Shown here: one piece after another, positions 1-10,228 of the stretch
Numbering within the stretch: the stretch's first letter is position 1
Layout: each line of letters begins with the position of its first letter
DNA from: an uncultured delta proteobacterium
GTDB lineage: Bacteria; Desulfobacterota; Binatia; UBA9968
NCBI GenBank assembly: GCA_963771465.1
Contig: CAVYTU010000015.1
Span: forward strand, 960,001 to 1,024,000
Direction: 5' to 3'
Length of the DNA stretch: 64,000 nucleotides
Made by a program: the position numbers and the translations under genes
The notes under the pieces: generated by a model
Database searches by the model: none
The model's input: the letters and a program-made list of their open reading frames with translations, nothing else
Told to the model about the DNA's origin: nothing

Positions 1-456
1 CTGCTCCCCGGTTGCGTTTCCATTTAATTGTTGGCCTGCTTTAATCGCCTGCACCAACCTATCGTTCACTCGGATGCCAAAACTGGCCAATATGATTTTG
101 TCGACTAAGTGAGGAAAGCGCGAGGCAAAAACTGCAACCACAATCCCTCCCCAGGAAGCGCCGGCTATGATCGATTTCTCAGGGGCATTTTGTGCCAATA
201 GAACTTGCCGTAAGACTTCGACCTGCTCATCCAAATCTACAACGGCAGAACCGGAGATGATTTTAGCTCGTCCCTGGCCGGGAAAATCGAAGAGCAACAG
301 CCTGTAATCCTTTGAAAAATAGGTTACGACAGGTCTCCATGCTGCCATGCTTTGCTGGGCCGCGTTCACGCAGACCATGATTCGGCTGCCTTGACCAAAG
401 AGTCGGTACGGGATCAGGAACCGACCGACGGCTATTTCGCCTCGAGTTTTATTCAT
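1..456 (-). CDS. alpha/beta hydrolase, RhlA/PhaG-like (3' end runs off the window)
   Basis: Not in the ORF track; hand translation from ATG at 456 gives MNKTRGEIAVGRFLIPYRLFGQGSRIMVCVNAAQQSMAAW...LLLFDFPGQGRA...DEQVEVL...GASWGGIV..., open to position 1; nucleophile elbow G-A-S-W-G-G. Confidence 0.8.
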   Translation of the reverse strand, partial: MNKTRGEIAVGRFLIPYRLFGQGSRIMVCVNAAQQSMAAWRPVVTYFSKDYRLLLFDFPGQGRAKIISGSAVVDLDEQVEVLRQVLLAQNAPEKSIIAGASWGGIVVAVFASRFPHLVDKIILASFGIRVNDRLVQAIKAGQQLNGNATGEQ

Positions 457-987
457 GGATTGTCCAGTGGCGTTTTAGTCCTAAACCTTGGCACACAAGC
501 GTCGGGTGCTATCGAGCGTTTAAGTTAGTGGAACTTAATCTTTGCGCGCCAAATCTTGATTTGGCCTGGGATTGTCTTGCCGGAGCTGATCGGCTTGCTG
601 TCACCGATGCGCCAACGAATATAACACGGACACTAAAGTTTTTCTTGCGCCGCTACTCCTCCGCATAAATCACAGGTCATTAAGATAGCATTTGCTTATT
701 CTACTAGGTCTTGAATGGGGTGTTAATGATCTGAATAGATTTTTTCATCATGTCGATCCGCGGATTCAGGGCGCGTTTTCCTTTTAGATTAACGCTACGC
801 TAACCCGGCGAGGACTGCTGTCTAATATTGAACGACTTTTGATACAATTAGAAACCAAGGCCTAGCTCTGGCGCCCCGCTATCACATAGAATGTGGCAGC
901 GAAATTAACTTATGTCACGGCCCACTCGTCTAAGCACATTGCAGCGCATGAACTGCGACACCATGTCACAAACATCAAGGAATCATC

Positions 988-3342
988 GTGGCTGAGAACG
1001 CGCGCCCTAACGGACGACTCAAACGCTGGTACGATCGGCTTGCGGCTTATTTCAAAGCCGCGATGGATCCGGCCTCGAGCATCCGGGTCAGGATATTTCA
1101 GGCGGCGAAGGGACTGGCGGTATTGGGCGCACTCGGACTGACGCTGTTGGTTGCGTACAGCATCATTTTGATACCCTTTACCCCGAGTATCTCTGATATT
1201 CGCAAAGCCAAGATCGACCAACCCACCGTGCTGGTTACCGCCGATGGTCGGCACCTAGCGACTCTCAAGCCGATGAATCGCGAGTGGGTGCGGTTAGACC
1301 AGATCACTCCCCATGTCATCAATGCCCTGATCGCCACCGAAGACCATCGCTTTTACCAGCACTTCGGGATTGATCTGTTGCGCATGGTGACGGGCGTCCT
1401 GCGCACGTTGATCGGCGATCCGCAGGGCGGTTCCACTCTGACCCAGCAACTGGCGCGCAATTTGTTCCCTGAGGAAGTCGGCCGTCAGCGCACGCTGCCG
1501 CGGAAAATAAAAGAGACGATCACGGCGATCAAGATCGAGTATACCTACACCAAAAAAGAAATCTTAGAAACCTATCTGAATACCATGCCGTTTTTGTACA
1601 ACGCCTTCGGCATCGAAATGGCGGCGCGCACCTACTTCGACAAGCCGGCGCGAAAACTTACGCTGATCGAAAGCGCAACGCTGATCGCCATGTTGAAGGG
1701 CACCAGTTATTATAACCCGGTGCTCAATCCCGAGCGTGCGTTCCAGCGCCGCAACGTCGTGTTGGCGCAAATGGTTAAGCGCGGAACCTTGAGTCAGGCC
1801 GAATTCGACCGGCAAAAATCGTGGCCGATACGCCTCGACTTCGAACGTCAGCCGGATTCCATGGGCGCCGCGCCTCACCTCGCCGTGCAGATTCGCAAAT
1901 GGTTGATCGATTGGGCGGACCGCAACGACAAAGATATTTATACCGACGGCTTGATCGTGCACACCACCATCGATTCACGTTTGCAGTCCGTTGCCAATCA
2001 AGCGGTACAGCGCCAGATGGACGCTTTGCAGGCGGTCGCGGACGTCGAGTGGGGCATGAGCTCAGACCGTCTGTTTTCGACCAGCGTCTCCGCCTACGTC
2101 GATCAGCGTCGGCGCGTCCAGCCGTTCAGTTACTATTGGAAAACCCACGCCGCCTTGCTCGACGTGTTTATACGAGAAACGCCTGCTTATCGCAGCGCGC
2201 TCGAGGGCGGCGCGAAGGCTGACGCCGCGCTGGCGCAACTGAAAGGCACCAAGGAATTCATGGCCAAGCTGCGCGCCGACAAAACCCGTTTGCAAGCCGG
2301 CTTCGTCGCCATCGATCCAGCCACCGGTCACGTGAAAGCCTGGGTCGGCAGCCGCGACTTCAAGACCGACCAATTCGATCACGTGGCGCAAGCCCGGCGG
2401 CAACCGGGCTCGACGTTTAAACCGTTCGTTTACGGCGCGGCGCTCGAGCAGGGCATGCCGCCCGATCAACGGTTTGTCGATCGCGCTGTGAAAATTTCCC
2501 TGCCGGACGGCACGGTGTGGCGGCCCGCCGACTTATCGCCGCCCACCGGCCAAACGATGACGGCGCGCGAGGGTCTCATCTATTCGAAAAACACCATCAC
2601 CGCACAAGTCATGCAGGAAATCGGCCCGAGAAAAACTGCCCAGCTCGCGCGCCTGATGGGAGTTACCCAAAGCAAGCTCGACGAGGTGCCCGCGTTGGCG
2701 CTCGGCACCAGTCCGGTTACGCCGTTGGAAATGGTCTCCGCTTACAGCACCCTCGCGGCCGGCGGCCAATATCGCGCGCCAATTTTTATAACCCGCATCA
2801 CCGACAAGCAGGGCAACCTGCTGGTCAGCTTCATCAGCGAAAATCAGCGCGTGATTTCGGACAGGACCACCGGCGATCTGATCAACATGCTGCGCGATGC
2901 TGTGGACCTGGGCACCGGACAAGCGGTGCGAGCGCGGTTCGGCGTGCGCGGCGATGTCGCGGGAAAAACCGGTACCACGCAAAAAAATACCGACGGCTGG
3001 TTTATCTTGATGCATCCGCGGCTGGTCGCCGGATCGTGGGTCGGCTTTAACGACTCGCGCGTCACCATGCGCAGCGACTATTGGGGCGAGGGCGCGCATA
3101 ACGCCTTGCTGCTGGTGGGAGATTTTTTTCAGCGCACTCTCAACACGCATTTGATCGACGGCAGCGCCCGTTTCCCCTATGAACGACCGTACAATTCCAT
3201 CCTGGAGCCAGTCCTCGACTCAGCGAAAGAATTGTTTTGGGACATTCTCAAAAATTGGTGGCTCGGAGATAAAACCACACCAGCGCCTTCGTCGCCGCCT
3301 CCACCGCGCCGCAATTTTGAACGTGAAGCGCCGCGAGACTGA
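988..3342 (+). CDS. class A penicillin-binding protein (PBP1A family transglycosylase/transpeptidase)
   Basis: N-terminal TM; GT51 motifs EDHRFYQHFG, GGSTLTQQLARN, RKIKE; transpeptidase motifs STFK, SKN, KTG. Confidence 0.95.
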   Translation: MAENARPNGRLKRWYDRLAAYFKAAMDPASSIRVRIFQAAKGLAVLGALGLTLLVAYSIILIPFTPSISDIRKAKIDQPTVLVTADGRHLATLKPMNREWVRLDQITPHVINALIATEDHRFYQHFGIDLLRMVTGVLRTLIGDPQGGSTLTQQLARNLFPEEVGRQRTLPRKIKETITAIKIEYTYTKKEILETYLNTMPFLYNAFGIEMAARTYFDKPARKLTLIESATLIAMLKGTSYYNPVLNPERAFQRRNVVLAQMVKRGTLSQAEFDRQKSWPIRLDFERQPDSMGAAPHLAVQIRKWLIDWADRNDKDIYTDGLIVHTTIDSRLQSVANQAVQRQMDALQAVADVEWGMSSDRLFSTSVSAYVDQRRRVQPFSYYWKTHAALLDVFIRETPAYRSALEGGAKADAALAQLKGTKEFMAKLRADKTRLQAGFVAIDPATGHVKAWVGSRDFKTDQFDHVAQARRQPGSTFKPFVYGAALEQGMPPDQRFVDRAVKISLPDGTVWRPADLSPPTGQTMTAREGLIYSKNTITAQVMQEIGPRKTAQLARLMGVTQSKLDEVPALALGTSPVTPLEMVSAYSTLAAGGQYRAPIFITRITDKQGNLLVSFISENQRVISDRTTGDLINMLRDAVDLGTGQAVRARFGVRGDVAGKTGTTQKNTDGWFILMHPRLVAGSWVGFNDSRVTMRSDYWGEGAHNALLLVGDFFQRTLNTHLIDGSARFPYERPYNSILEPVLDSAKELFWDILKNWWLGDKTTPAPSSPPPPRRNFEREAPRD

Positions 3343-3441
3343 TTCGAGGATCGGCGCGAGCAGCGGAAACTGGAAACCCGACGCGAACGAGAGCGACGTC
3401 AGCCGACTCGGATCCCAAGCTGTGCGTCCGTTGTCGCCTTT

Positions 3442-4740
3442 TTACCTTGATGCTTTTCCCTCGTTGGCCTCGGTTTCCAGAATGATGCCGCGGGCAGCCA
3501 AGATCGGCTTTGCCGCCTCGCGCAGCCGGGGTAATTGCCGGGCGAAAATGATCCCGGCGACGGCGCAAAAACCCCCACCGATCGCCACAACCAAAGGAGC
3601 CCCCACTTGGTCAGCTGCCCAACCGGCCAGCAAACTGCCGAAGGGCGCCATGCCGACCAGCATCATCGAGAAAAGGCTCATCACCCGGCCACGCATATCG
3701 TTGTCGGCCAGGGTTTGCAGCGCCGTATTGCTCGCCGCGATCAGCACCATCCAACCACAGCCGACACCGACGAGAAGTAGGAGCGAAAGCCAAAACACTC
3801 GCGCCAGCGTGAAAATAATTAACCCCACGCCGAATCCCACGGTAGCGATGACGATGACGCGGCCAAGTCCGATAATGTTTTTTCGTTGCGCGAGAAATAG
3901 CGCCCCGATCAGCGCGCCCACCCCGACTGCACCGAACATCATTCCTAGGGCATCGGCGCCGCTCCGATGTACATGAGCCGCAAAGACCGGCATCAGCGTC
4001 ATGTAAGGCATTCCCACGACGCCGACCACGCCCAAAAGTATCAGCAGATCCCGAATCGGCGTTATCGCCACAACGTAACGGTAACCTTGGATCAGCGACC
4101 GACCGATGGAAACAGGCGCCGTCTCCCGCCGTGGCGGGGCAGCGAGCTTCATCATGAGCAATGCCACGATCACCGCGATGTAACTCACCGCGTTGATTAT
4201 GAAACAAACACCCTCGCCGTATTTGGCGACAACCAGACCCGCGAGCGCCGGCCCGACGATTCGAGCCGCGTTGATCATGGAGGAATTGAGCGCTACCGCA
4301 TTCGCCAAGTCTTCGGTGTCAACCATTTCGTGCACCAAAGCCTGGCGCGCCGGCATGTCGAAAGCATAGACAACTCCAAGCGCGATGCCGAGCAAGATAA
4401 TATGCAAAGGTTGAATCCACCCTGTCAGCGTCAGCAACGAGAGGAGCAGAGCTTGGGCGAGCGCGGCGCATTGCATCCATACGGCGACCCGATGGCACGA
4501 GTAGCGGTCGCTGATGACGCCACCGATGGGACCCAACGCAAATATCGGAATCTGCGATGCGAAGCCGACGACACCGAGCAAGGTTGCCGATCCGGTTAGA
4601 CGGTAGACCAGCCAGCTCAGCGCGACCTGCTGCATCCACGTGCCGCAGACCGAGACCAGCTGGCCGGTGAGATACAGCCGGTAGTTACGATGGCGCAGCG
4701 AACGCCATAATGGCGATGAGGTGGACAATTTGAATTGCAT
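3442..4740 (-). CDS. MFS transporter (MFS_3/H+ antiporter-like)
   Basis: About 12 hydrophobic segments; LRHRNYRLY...GQLVSVCGTWMQ N-terminus; GGVISDR motif; MRGRVMS. Confidence 0.92.
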   Translation of the reverse strand: MQFKLSTSSPLWRSLRHRNYRLYLTGQLVSVCGTWMQQVALSWLVYRLTGSATLLGVVGFASQIPIFALGPIGGVISDRYSCHRVAVWMQCAALAQALLLSLLTLTGWIQPLHIILLGIALGVVYAFDMPARQALVHEMVDTEDLANAVALNSSMINAARIVGPALAGLVVAKYGEGVCFIINAVSYIAVIVALLMMKLAAPPRRETAPVSIGRSLIQGYRYVVAITPIRDLLILLGVVGVVGMPYMTLMPVFAAHVHRSGADALGMMFGAVGVGALIGALFLAQRKNIIGLGRVIVIATVGFGVGLIIFTLARVFWLSLLLLVGVGCGWMVLIAASNTALQTLADNDMRGRVMSLFSMMLVGMAPFGSLLAGWAADQVGAPLVVAIGGGFCAVAGIIFARQLPRLREAAKPILAARGIILETEANEGKASR

Positions 4741-5140
4741 CGTACGCAGCGATTTACGGAAATTCGAAGCACGGGTGCTTTTGATTGGTATCCGATTATC
4801 CCATGCCTAGAAAGGAAGCAGAAGAGTTTGCGCGCAGAATGATTATTTACGGCAGCGGTGTGGTTGAGAATAAATCAAAGCCCGATACCACGCGAGGAAA
4901 AGCGTCTCCGATTCGACGACAGAGTGAATCCACAACAAGTTTTGAACTTGCAAAATCTAGAAAGAAAAAATGAAGCTGAGCGGATTCGTGCGCAATCAGT
5001 TGACACTCAGGTTCGAACCCGAGTTCACGGGCCGCGCAGATCGGGCAGCTCCAGTGTAGCGGCCGGCAGCGGATTCGCCGCCGGCGAGTGCACCGCGAAC
5101 GGCGCTACTTCCACCGAACACGCTCAGATCGCTCTCAATA

Positions 5141-6732
5141 TTAGGCCGGTTGCGCTCCCGGTTCACCGTCCAAAACCACGAAGGAGCGTTCGGTGTAACC
5201 GGCGCCATCGGTTTTTCAACGCTCGTGACAAACCGTAGATCAAGGCGCATTTGTTGCGGCGTCAACGTCGCCACGAAATAGCCGCGCCGGTCGCCCTCGT
5301 AATATTTGATGTGCGGATTGTACGGAATCATGGGCGCATAGTACGGCCCGTAGGGCGTGTCATCGCCGCCGCTAGTGATCGCCGGCGTAACGAACTCGGT
5401 GGCTACGGTAGGCGCGCGCGGATCTTTGAAGTCGAGCTTCAGATCGTTGACGAAAGTTGAGTGCCAGTCGCCAGTCAAAAACACGGGATTTTCGACGTTG
5501 TACTTAACGACATCGCTCAGCATGCGCTGGCGCGCCAGCGGATAGCCGTCCCAGGCGTCGTTCCAGTAGCCGTCACGTTCATAATATGGCCGATGCTCTA
5601 ATTCGGCGATGAGCAGTTGCTGGCCAACGATATTCCAGCGCGCGAAGGAGCGCTGAAAGCCGCGTCTCAGCCAATCCTCCTGTTCGCCGCCGAGCATCGT
5701 GTAATTGCCGGTCAAAGCGGCAGGGCAGCGCAGCGACTCGCCGTCGCCGCAAGGGTTGTCGCTGCGGTATTGCCGGTCATCGAGCATGGTGAACTCGGCC
5801 AGCTGGCCGTAACGGAAACTCCTGTAGATGCGCAGCTCGGATTTCGGCAATCGCGCGACCGATGCGCGGATCGGCATGTGTTCGTAATAAGCCTGGTATG
5901 CGGCAGCCCGGCGCGCCGTGAACTCCGGCGAAGGCGAGCCGTACTCCGGCGCCAGACCGGAATAATCGTTGGCTACTTCGTGATCGTCCCAAATGGCGAC
6001 GAAAGGAAACTTCGCATGAACGGCTTGCAGGTCGGGATCGAGCTTGTAGAGTGTGTGACGCAAACGGTAGGTGCAAAGATCCAAACATTCCTCTTCGAAT
6101 CCCCTTGGCGTCTGCCCTCGGCGCCGGGTAAATCCGATGACGTACTCGTAGGTGTAATCGCCGAGGTGGAGCACGACGTCGAGATCGTTGCGTAGCATGT
6201 CCCGATAGGCGGTGTAGTAGCCGCTCGGCCAATCCTGGCAAGTCGCGAATGCAAAACGAATTTGCTGAACCATCTCGTGCTCCGGCGGCGCGGTGCGAAA
6301 GTGGCCCACCGGACTTTCCCCATCGGCCACCGAGAATTGATAAAAGTAATCGCGTCCCGCCAGCAATCCCTGCACTTCCACATGGATTGAATGGGCCAAC
6401 TCGGCAGGCGCCATAGCGACGCCGTGTTGGACAATCTGGCGCATGCGTTCATCCGTAGCCGCGCGCCAGGTCACCGCCACCGGCGCGTTACCCATGGCGG
6501 CTGTGTCTGTGGGATCAGGCGCTAGGCGCGTCCACAGAACGATCCCGTCCGGCGTGGGATCGCCGGAAGCAACCCCAAGCGTGAATGGATTGGTCGAAAA
6601 TCTGGAAGCGGCAAATAGCCCTTTATCCGGCACAAGCGCCAGAGCGAGGCTGGCTCCCACCGTGCGCCAGGTGAAATCTAGAAAGCGCCGCCGGTCAATC
6701 GACGAAGGCTGTGATTTTTGATTCATCGACAT
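5141..6732 (-). CDS. phoD: PhoD-type alkaline phosphatase with Tat signal; 1-nt frameshift near 5210
   Basis: RRRFL twin-arginine signal; GVASGDP, HLGDYTYE, WDDHE, LDDRQYR, DAWDGY, TGDWH; the expected C-terminus DGAGYTERSFVVLDGEPGAQPA* lies in the shifted frame, stop at 5141-5143. Confidence 0.9.
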
Positions 6733-6834
6733 CTCTCCTTGTGTTAGCTCGAGTGCTCGATCGAGAAAGCTCCTCGGCGATCGGACCGTAGCAAGAGCTG
6801 CGGCGCGGCGTCTTTACGCAAAGGAGTCGTTTAG

Positions 6835-6852
6835 GTGAAATTCCGATGACAG
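6835..6852 (-). promoter_or_regulatory. possible Pho-box-like direct repeat upstream of phoD
   Basis: Minus strand CTGTCAT-CGGA-ATTTCAC, 11-bp period, about 100 nt upstream of phoD. Confidence 0.35.
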
Positions 6853-7061
6853 CGACAAGCATAATGGCGTGAGCGACTCGAAAGGATTACCGATCAAGCC
6901 ACAAGGCGTTTAGCCAGCGGTTAAGTTTCTTCTGCCCTTAGGGATTCGCCGAGACTGGCGGCAAGGGAATTTGCAGTGGGCAGAAGCTATAACGCCGCAC
7001 AATTTGAATAGCGACGCTCGCGGCTATCGTGTGTCGCTTTGGGGCGCGTGGCGGAGATACT

Positions 7062-8324
7062 TTAGCGTTCGCTGACAAGTACTTTGCCGCTCATATAGGG
7101 GTGGATTGAACAGACATAATCGTAGGCGCCGGGGCGGTCGAAGTTCGCCGTATAACTGGAGCCCGGCATCACTGTATCCGAGGCTGCGCCGTTCTTCACG
7201 GCGACGCTATGCGGCGCGCCGTCGTCGTTGATCCAAGTCACGGTTTCTCCTGAACTCACTTCGAGAAGCGCGGGATTAAAAGCGAACCCGCTGATCGTAA
7301 TGCGACTATTTGAAGATTGTCTCTGCGCCACCGCCGATTGCACGACAATTTTTCGCGGCGCGTTGCCGACAGCAACCGTAGTCACGACGCCGCTCTCCAA
7401 ATCGACGATGGAGACATCGTTGGAGTCTTCATTGGTGGTCAGCGCGGTTTTGCCGTCAGGCCCTGGCGCCACCCAATGGGGCCGCGAGCCGACTTTGATC
7501 GATTTCTCGATACTGTTGGTCTGCGGGTTGAACACGGCGAGCAAGCTCGGACCTTGAACCGCAATCAGGCCGCGTTTGCCATCCGCCGTGAAGTTCGCGT
7601 AATGCGGCGAGACGCCCACCGGTATTTCACCGGCTATGCGATTGCCGCTCGGATCGAAAACGACCACGGCATCGATTCCCGCTTGAGTGATGTATAAGTA
7701 TTTACCACCGGGGCCGAACTCCAAGCCGCGCGGGGTCTTTTCCAGCGGCACGGTCGCCGCAAGCTTGCGCTCCGCGACTTCGAGGATCGCCAGCGAGAAT
7801 TTGCCCGGAGATTGTGATCCGACGTAGGCAAGCCGTCCATTGGGATGGACGGCGATGTTGTGCGGCTTGCCCACCGTAACGCTGCTGATCACTTTACGAG
7901 CGGCGGTGTCGATGAAAGCGACTGAATCGGTGTCGTAGACTCCGACGAGAACGAATTTACCATCCGGAGTGACCGCGACTCCATGGGGGTTCTTGCCCAC
8001 TTCGATGTTTTCGACCAGCGTGTCCGTCGCAGTATCGATGACGCTAACGGTCGATGTGGCGTCGCTGGCGACGTAGACCCAGCGGTTATCGGGCGTAATG
8101 GCGATGCCATGGGGACCGGGCGGCACCGGGATCGTCGCCGTGACTCGCTTCACCTCAACGTCGATGACACTGATCGTATTGTCCTTAAAATTGCCGATGT
8201 AGGCTTTTGGTCCAGCGGCGATCGCGCCATTGGCGATCAAGAATATCGCTGCCAGCAACAGAAATGTAATCGAGCCGCCATTGCGGAACGCCGGCAATTG
8301 TACAATCTTCAGTCTTTGCGCCAT
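7062..8324 (-). CDS. secreted YVTN beta-propeller protein with C-terminal cupredoxin domain
   Basis: Signal-like N-terminus; repeated TVSVIDT/PHGIAITPD blades; C-terminal PHSV...YVCSIHPYM type-1 copper ligands. Confidence 0.9.
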   Translation of the reverse strand: MAQRLKIVQLPAFRNGGSITFLLLAAIFLIANGAIAAGPKAYIGNFKDNTISVIDVEVKRVTATIPVPPGPHGIAITPDNRWVYVASDATSTVSVIDTATDTLVENIEVGKNPHGVAVTPDGKFVLVGVYDTDSVAFIDTAARKVISSVTVGKPHNIAVHPNGRLAYVGSQSPGKFSLAILEVAERKLAATVPLEKTPRGLEFGPGGKYLYITQAGIDAVVVFDPSGNRIAGEIPVGVSPHYANFTADGKRGLIAVQGPSLLAVFNPQTNSIEKSIKVGSRPHWVAPGPDGKTALTTNEDSNDVSIVDLESGVVTTVAVGNAPRKIVVQSAVAQRQSSNSRITISGFAFNPALLEVSSGETVTWINDDGAPHSVAVKNGAASDTVMPGSSYTANFDRPGAYDYVCSIHPYMSGKVLVSER

Positions 8325-8369
8325 GTCCTTGACCTCTTTTGGGTTGAGAATTGTGCACCAGCTACCGGT

Positions 8370-8396
8370 AAGACTACGGTGGAAAAATTTTATTCC
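8370..8396 (-). promoter_or_regulatory. ECF-type promoter for the YVTN-cupredoxin gene
   Basis: Minus strand GGAATA-N16-GTCTT. Confidence 0.65.
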
Positions 8397-8410
8397 AGCG
8401 CAGAATCTAG

Positions 8411-8438
8411 GGAATAGAATCGCCCTAAAGTCAGTCTT
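8411..8438 (+). promoter_or_regulatory. ECF-type autoregulatory promoter for the sigma factor
   Basis: GGAATA-N17-GTCTT, same motif as the divergent copy. Confidence 0.65.
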
Positions 8439-8458
8439 GTTTTAATGGGGGGATAGGG

Positions 8459-9022
8459 TTGGATTCGGACAACAAGAGAGCTCGTTTCGAGACTAACGTG
8501 TCGCCGCATGTCGATGCCGCGTACAATTTAGCCCGCTGGCTCACCCGCAACGAGCACGATGCCCAGGACGTGGTCCAAGAAGCGATGCTCCGGGCGTTTA
8601 GATTTTTGGACGGCTTTCGTGGCGCCGATGCCCGTTCGTGGCTGCTCAAGATCGTCAGAAATACTTGCTTTACCTGGCTGCGCAACAATCGCCCCAATGA
8701 GATGGTCGAAATCTTCCCGAATCAGTTGAACGATTTGGAAGTTGACCTGCCGCCGCCTTTTTGTTCCGGATTGCCTGATGATCCCGAGGCACTCGCGCTG
8801 CGCCGAAATACCGCGGCGCAGATCGATAATGCGTTATCGACATTGTCGGCGCCGCTACTCGAAGTCGTCGTCTTGCGGGAGTTGGAAGGGCTCTCTTACA
8901 AGGAGATTGCCTCGGTGATAGATGCGCCGATTGGGACCGTGATGTCACGGCTGGCGCGGGCGCGAGCTGATCTGCGGCGCACCCTCGCCGGCTCGCAGTG
9001 TGTGCTAGGAGCGAGAAAATGA
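8459..9022 (+). CDS. ECF sigma-70 factor
   Basis: Region 2 AYNLARWLTRNEHDAQDVVQEA...WLLKIVRN; region 4 LSYKEIASVIDAPIGTVMSRLARAR. Confidence 0.95.
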   Translation: MDSDNKRARFETNVSPHVDAAYNLARWLTRNEHDAQDVVQEAMLRAFRFLDGFRGADARSWLLKIVRNTCFTWLRNNRPNEMVEIFPNQLNDLEVDLPPPFCSGLPDDPEALALRRNTAAQIDNALSTLSAPLLEVVVLRELEGLSYKEIASVIDAPIGTVMSRLARARADLRRTLAGSQCVLGARK

Positions 9023-9789
9023 CGTCAGAGACCAGCGGCGTTTTATTGCACGCCTTCCTCGACGGTGAACTCGATGCCGCCTCGACCATCGAAGTTGAGT
9101 CTCGCCTGAAGGCGTCCACCGCGTTGCGCCAGGAATTGGCGCGCTTGTCCGCGCTCCAGATATCGGTTCAGAGCCGCGCTACGCGCTTTACCGCTCCGTC
9201 CGCGTTTAGGCAAAGTTTGTTTGTGCCTTTACCGGCGAGTCAATCCAGCGCTGCACCGATCGGAGTTCCGCGTTGGTGGCGTGGGTTAGCGATCGGAACG
9301 AGCATCGCTGCTCTGGCAATCGTTGTTGCAAGTCTTGGTTTTATCTTTACCGCTGGTGACAAAAGTTCGGCGCTGGTGGAGGAAGTCGTCAGCGCGCATG
9401 TGCGCTCCCTGCTCGCGGATCATCTGACCGATCTCGCTTCGAAAGAACGTCATCAGGTCAAACCTTGGCTATCCAATCGGCTCGATTTCGCGCCGCCGGT
9501 GCTTGATCTCGCAAACGAAGGCTTTGCGCTCGTCGGTGGCCGGTTGGATTACCTCGGAGGAAAACCGGCGGCGGCGCTGGTCTACCTTTATCGGCAGCAC
9601 ATTATAAATGTATTCGTTTGGCCATCGGCGCCGAGCCGCGATCACTCGATTCGCGCTTCGACTCACCGCGGTTACAACACCGTCCAATTCGCCTCCGATG
9701 GCATGAGTTACTGGGCCGTATCCGACTTGAATCCGCACGACCTGGATAAGCTCGCCAAACTATTCCAACTTGCGCAGCCGGCCAATTAA
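9019..9789 (+). CDS. membrane-anchored anti-sigma factor
   Basis: ATGA overlap with the sigma stop; LLHAFLDGELD N-terminus, one TM, HQVKPW and GGRLDYL periplasmic motifs. Confidence 0.9.
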   Translation: MTSETSGVLLHAFLDGELDAASTIEVESRLKASTALRQELARLSALQISVQSRATRFTAPSAFRQSLFVPLPASQSSAAPIGVPRWWRGLAIGTSIAALAIVVASLGFIFTAGDKSSALVEEVVSAHVRSLLADHLTDLASKERHQVKPWLSNRLDFAPPVLDLANEGFALVGGRLDYLGGKPAAALVYLYRQHIINVFVWPSAPSRDHSIRASTHRGYNTVQFASDGMSYWAVSDLNPHDLDKLAKLFQLAQPAN

Positions 9790-9804
9790 AACCGCGTCCA
9801 AAGG

Positions 9805-10137
9805 TCACTGAGAATTCACCGCCGAGTCTGTCGCCGCTCGGTCCCAGGCGCGCAAGTGTTTGCGTATGCGCTGCGCGTTTAAACCAAGCACCGCGCAAAC
9901 CGACTCGAAGGAAAATAATCCGTCACGATCATTGGAAAAAAACCAGCGCCGATCTTCGTCCAATGATTTTTTCGGGTTGCGCAAATGTTTGCGATAATTG
10001 CGCAGGGCATCTTTCAAAAGCGCCAGCATGAGATCTTGTTCAGGATGACCGTGGCCGTTGTATTTGACGGTGTCCCAATAGCGCGCATTGTCGCCGTCGT
10101 CTATATCGACGCGCTCGATCGGCGATTCCAATTCCAT
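9805..10137 (-). CDS. small hypothetical protein
   Basis: AAGGAG RBS before ATG at 10137; LMLALLKDA...WFFSND...FSFESVCAVLGL pattern. Confidence 0.7.
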   Translation of the reverse strand: MELESPIERVDIDDGDNARYWDTVKYNGHGHPEQDLMLALLKDALRNYRKHLRNPKKSLDEDRRWFFSNDRDGLFSFESVCAVLGLNAQRIRKHLRAWDRAATDSAVNSQ

Positions 10138-10187
10138 GATCCGCTCCTTTAATGCATCATGAATAGCCAGTTGTTGACGATGGCCAG

Positions 10188-10211
10188 GGGGCAACCGCAG
10201 ACGGTTGCCCC
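10188..10211. terminator. GC-rich hairpin downstream of the GDPD gene
   Basis: GGGGCAACCG-CAGA-CGGTTGCCCC, 10-bp stem; no clear U-tract. Confidence 0.55.
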
Positions 10212-10228
10212 CATTCGATGGCAGACAG

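Noticed and set aside
3340-3342. Selenocysteine recoding of the PBP TGA
   Set aside because: Lies in a disordered tail with no redox context and no evident SECIS hairpin
4996-5210. Unusual Ser/Gly/Ala-rich C-terminal extension of PhoD in the ORF track
   Set aside because: Product of the frameshift near 5210; the normal C-terminus is in another frame
4785-5238. Plus-strand ORFs between the MFS gene and phoD
   Set aside because: No convincing start, RBS or motif; partly antisense to phoD
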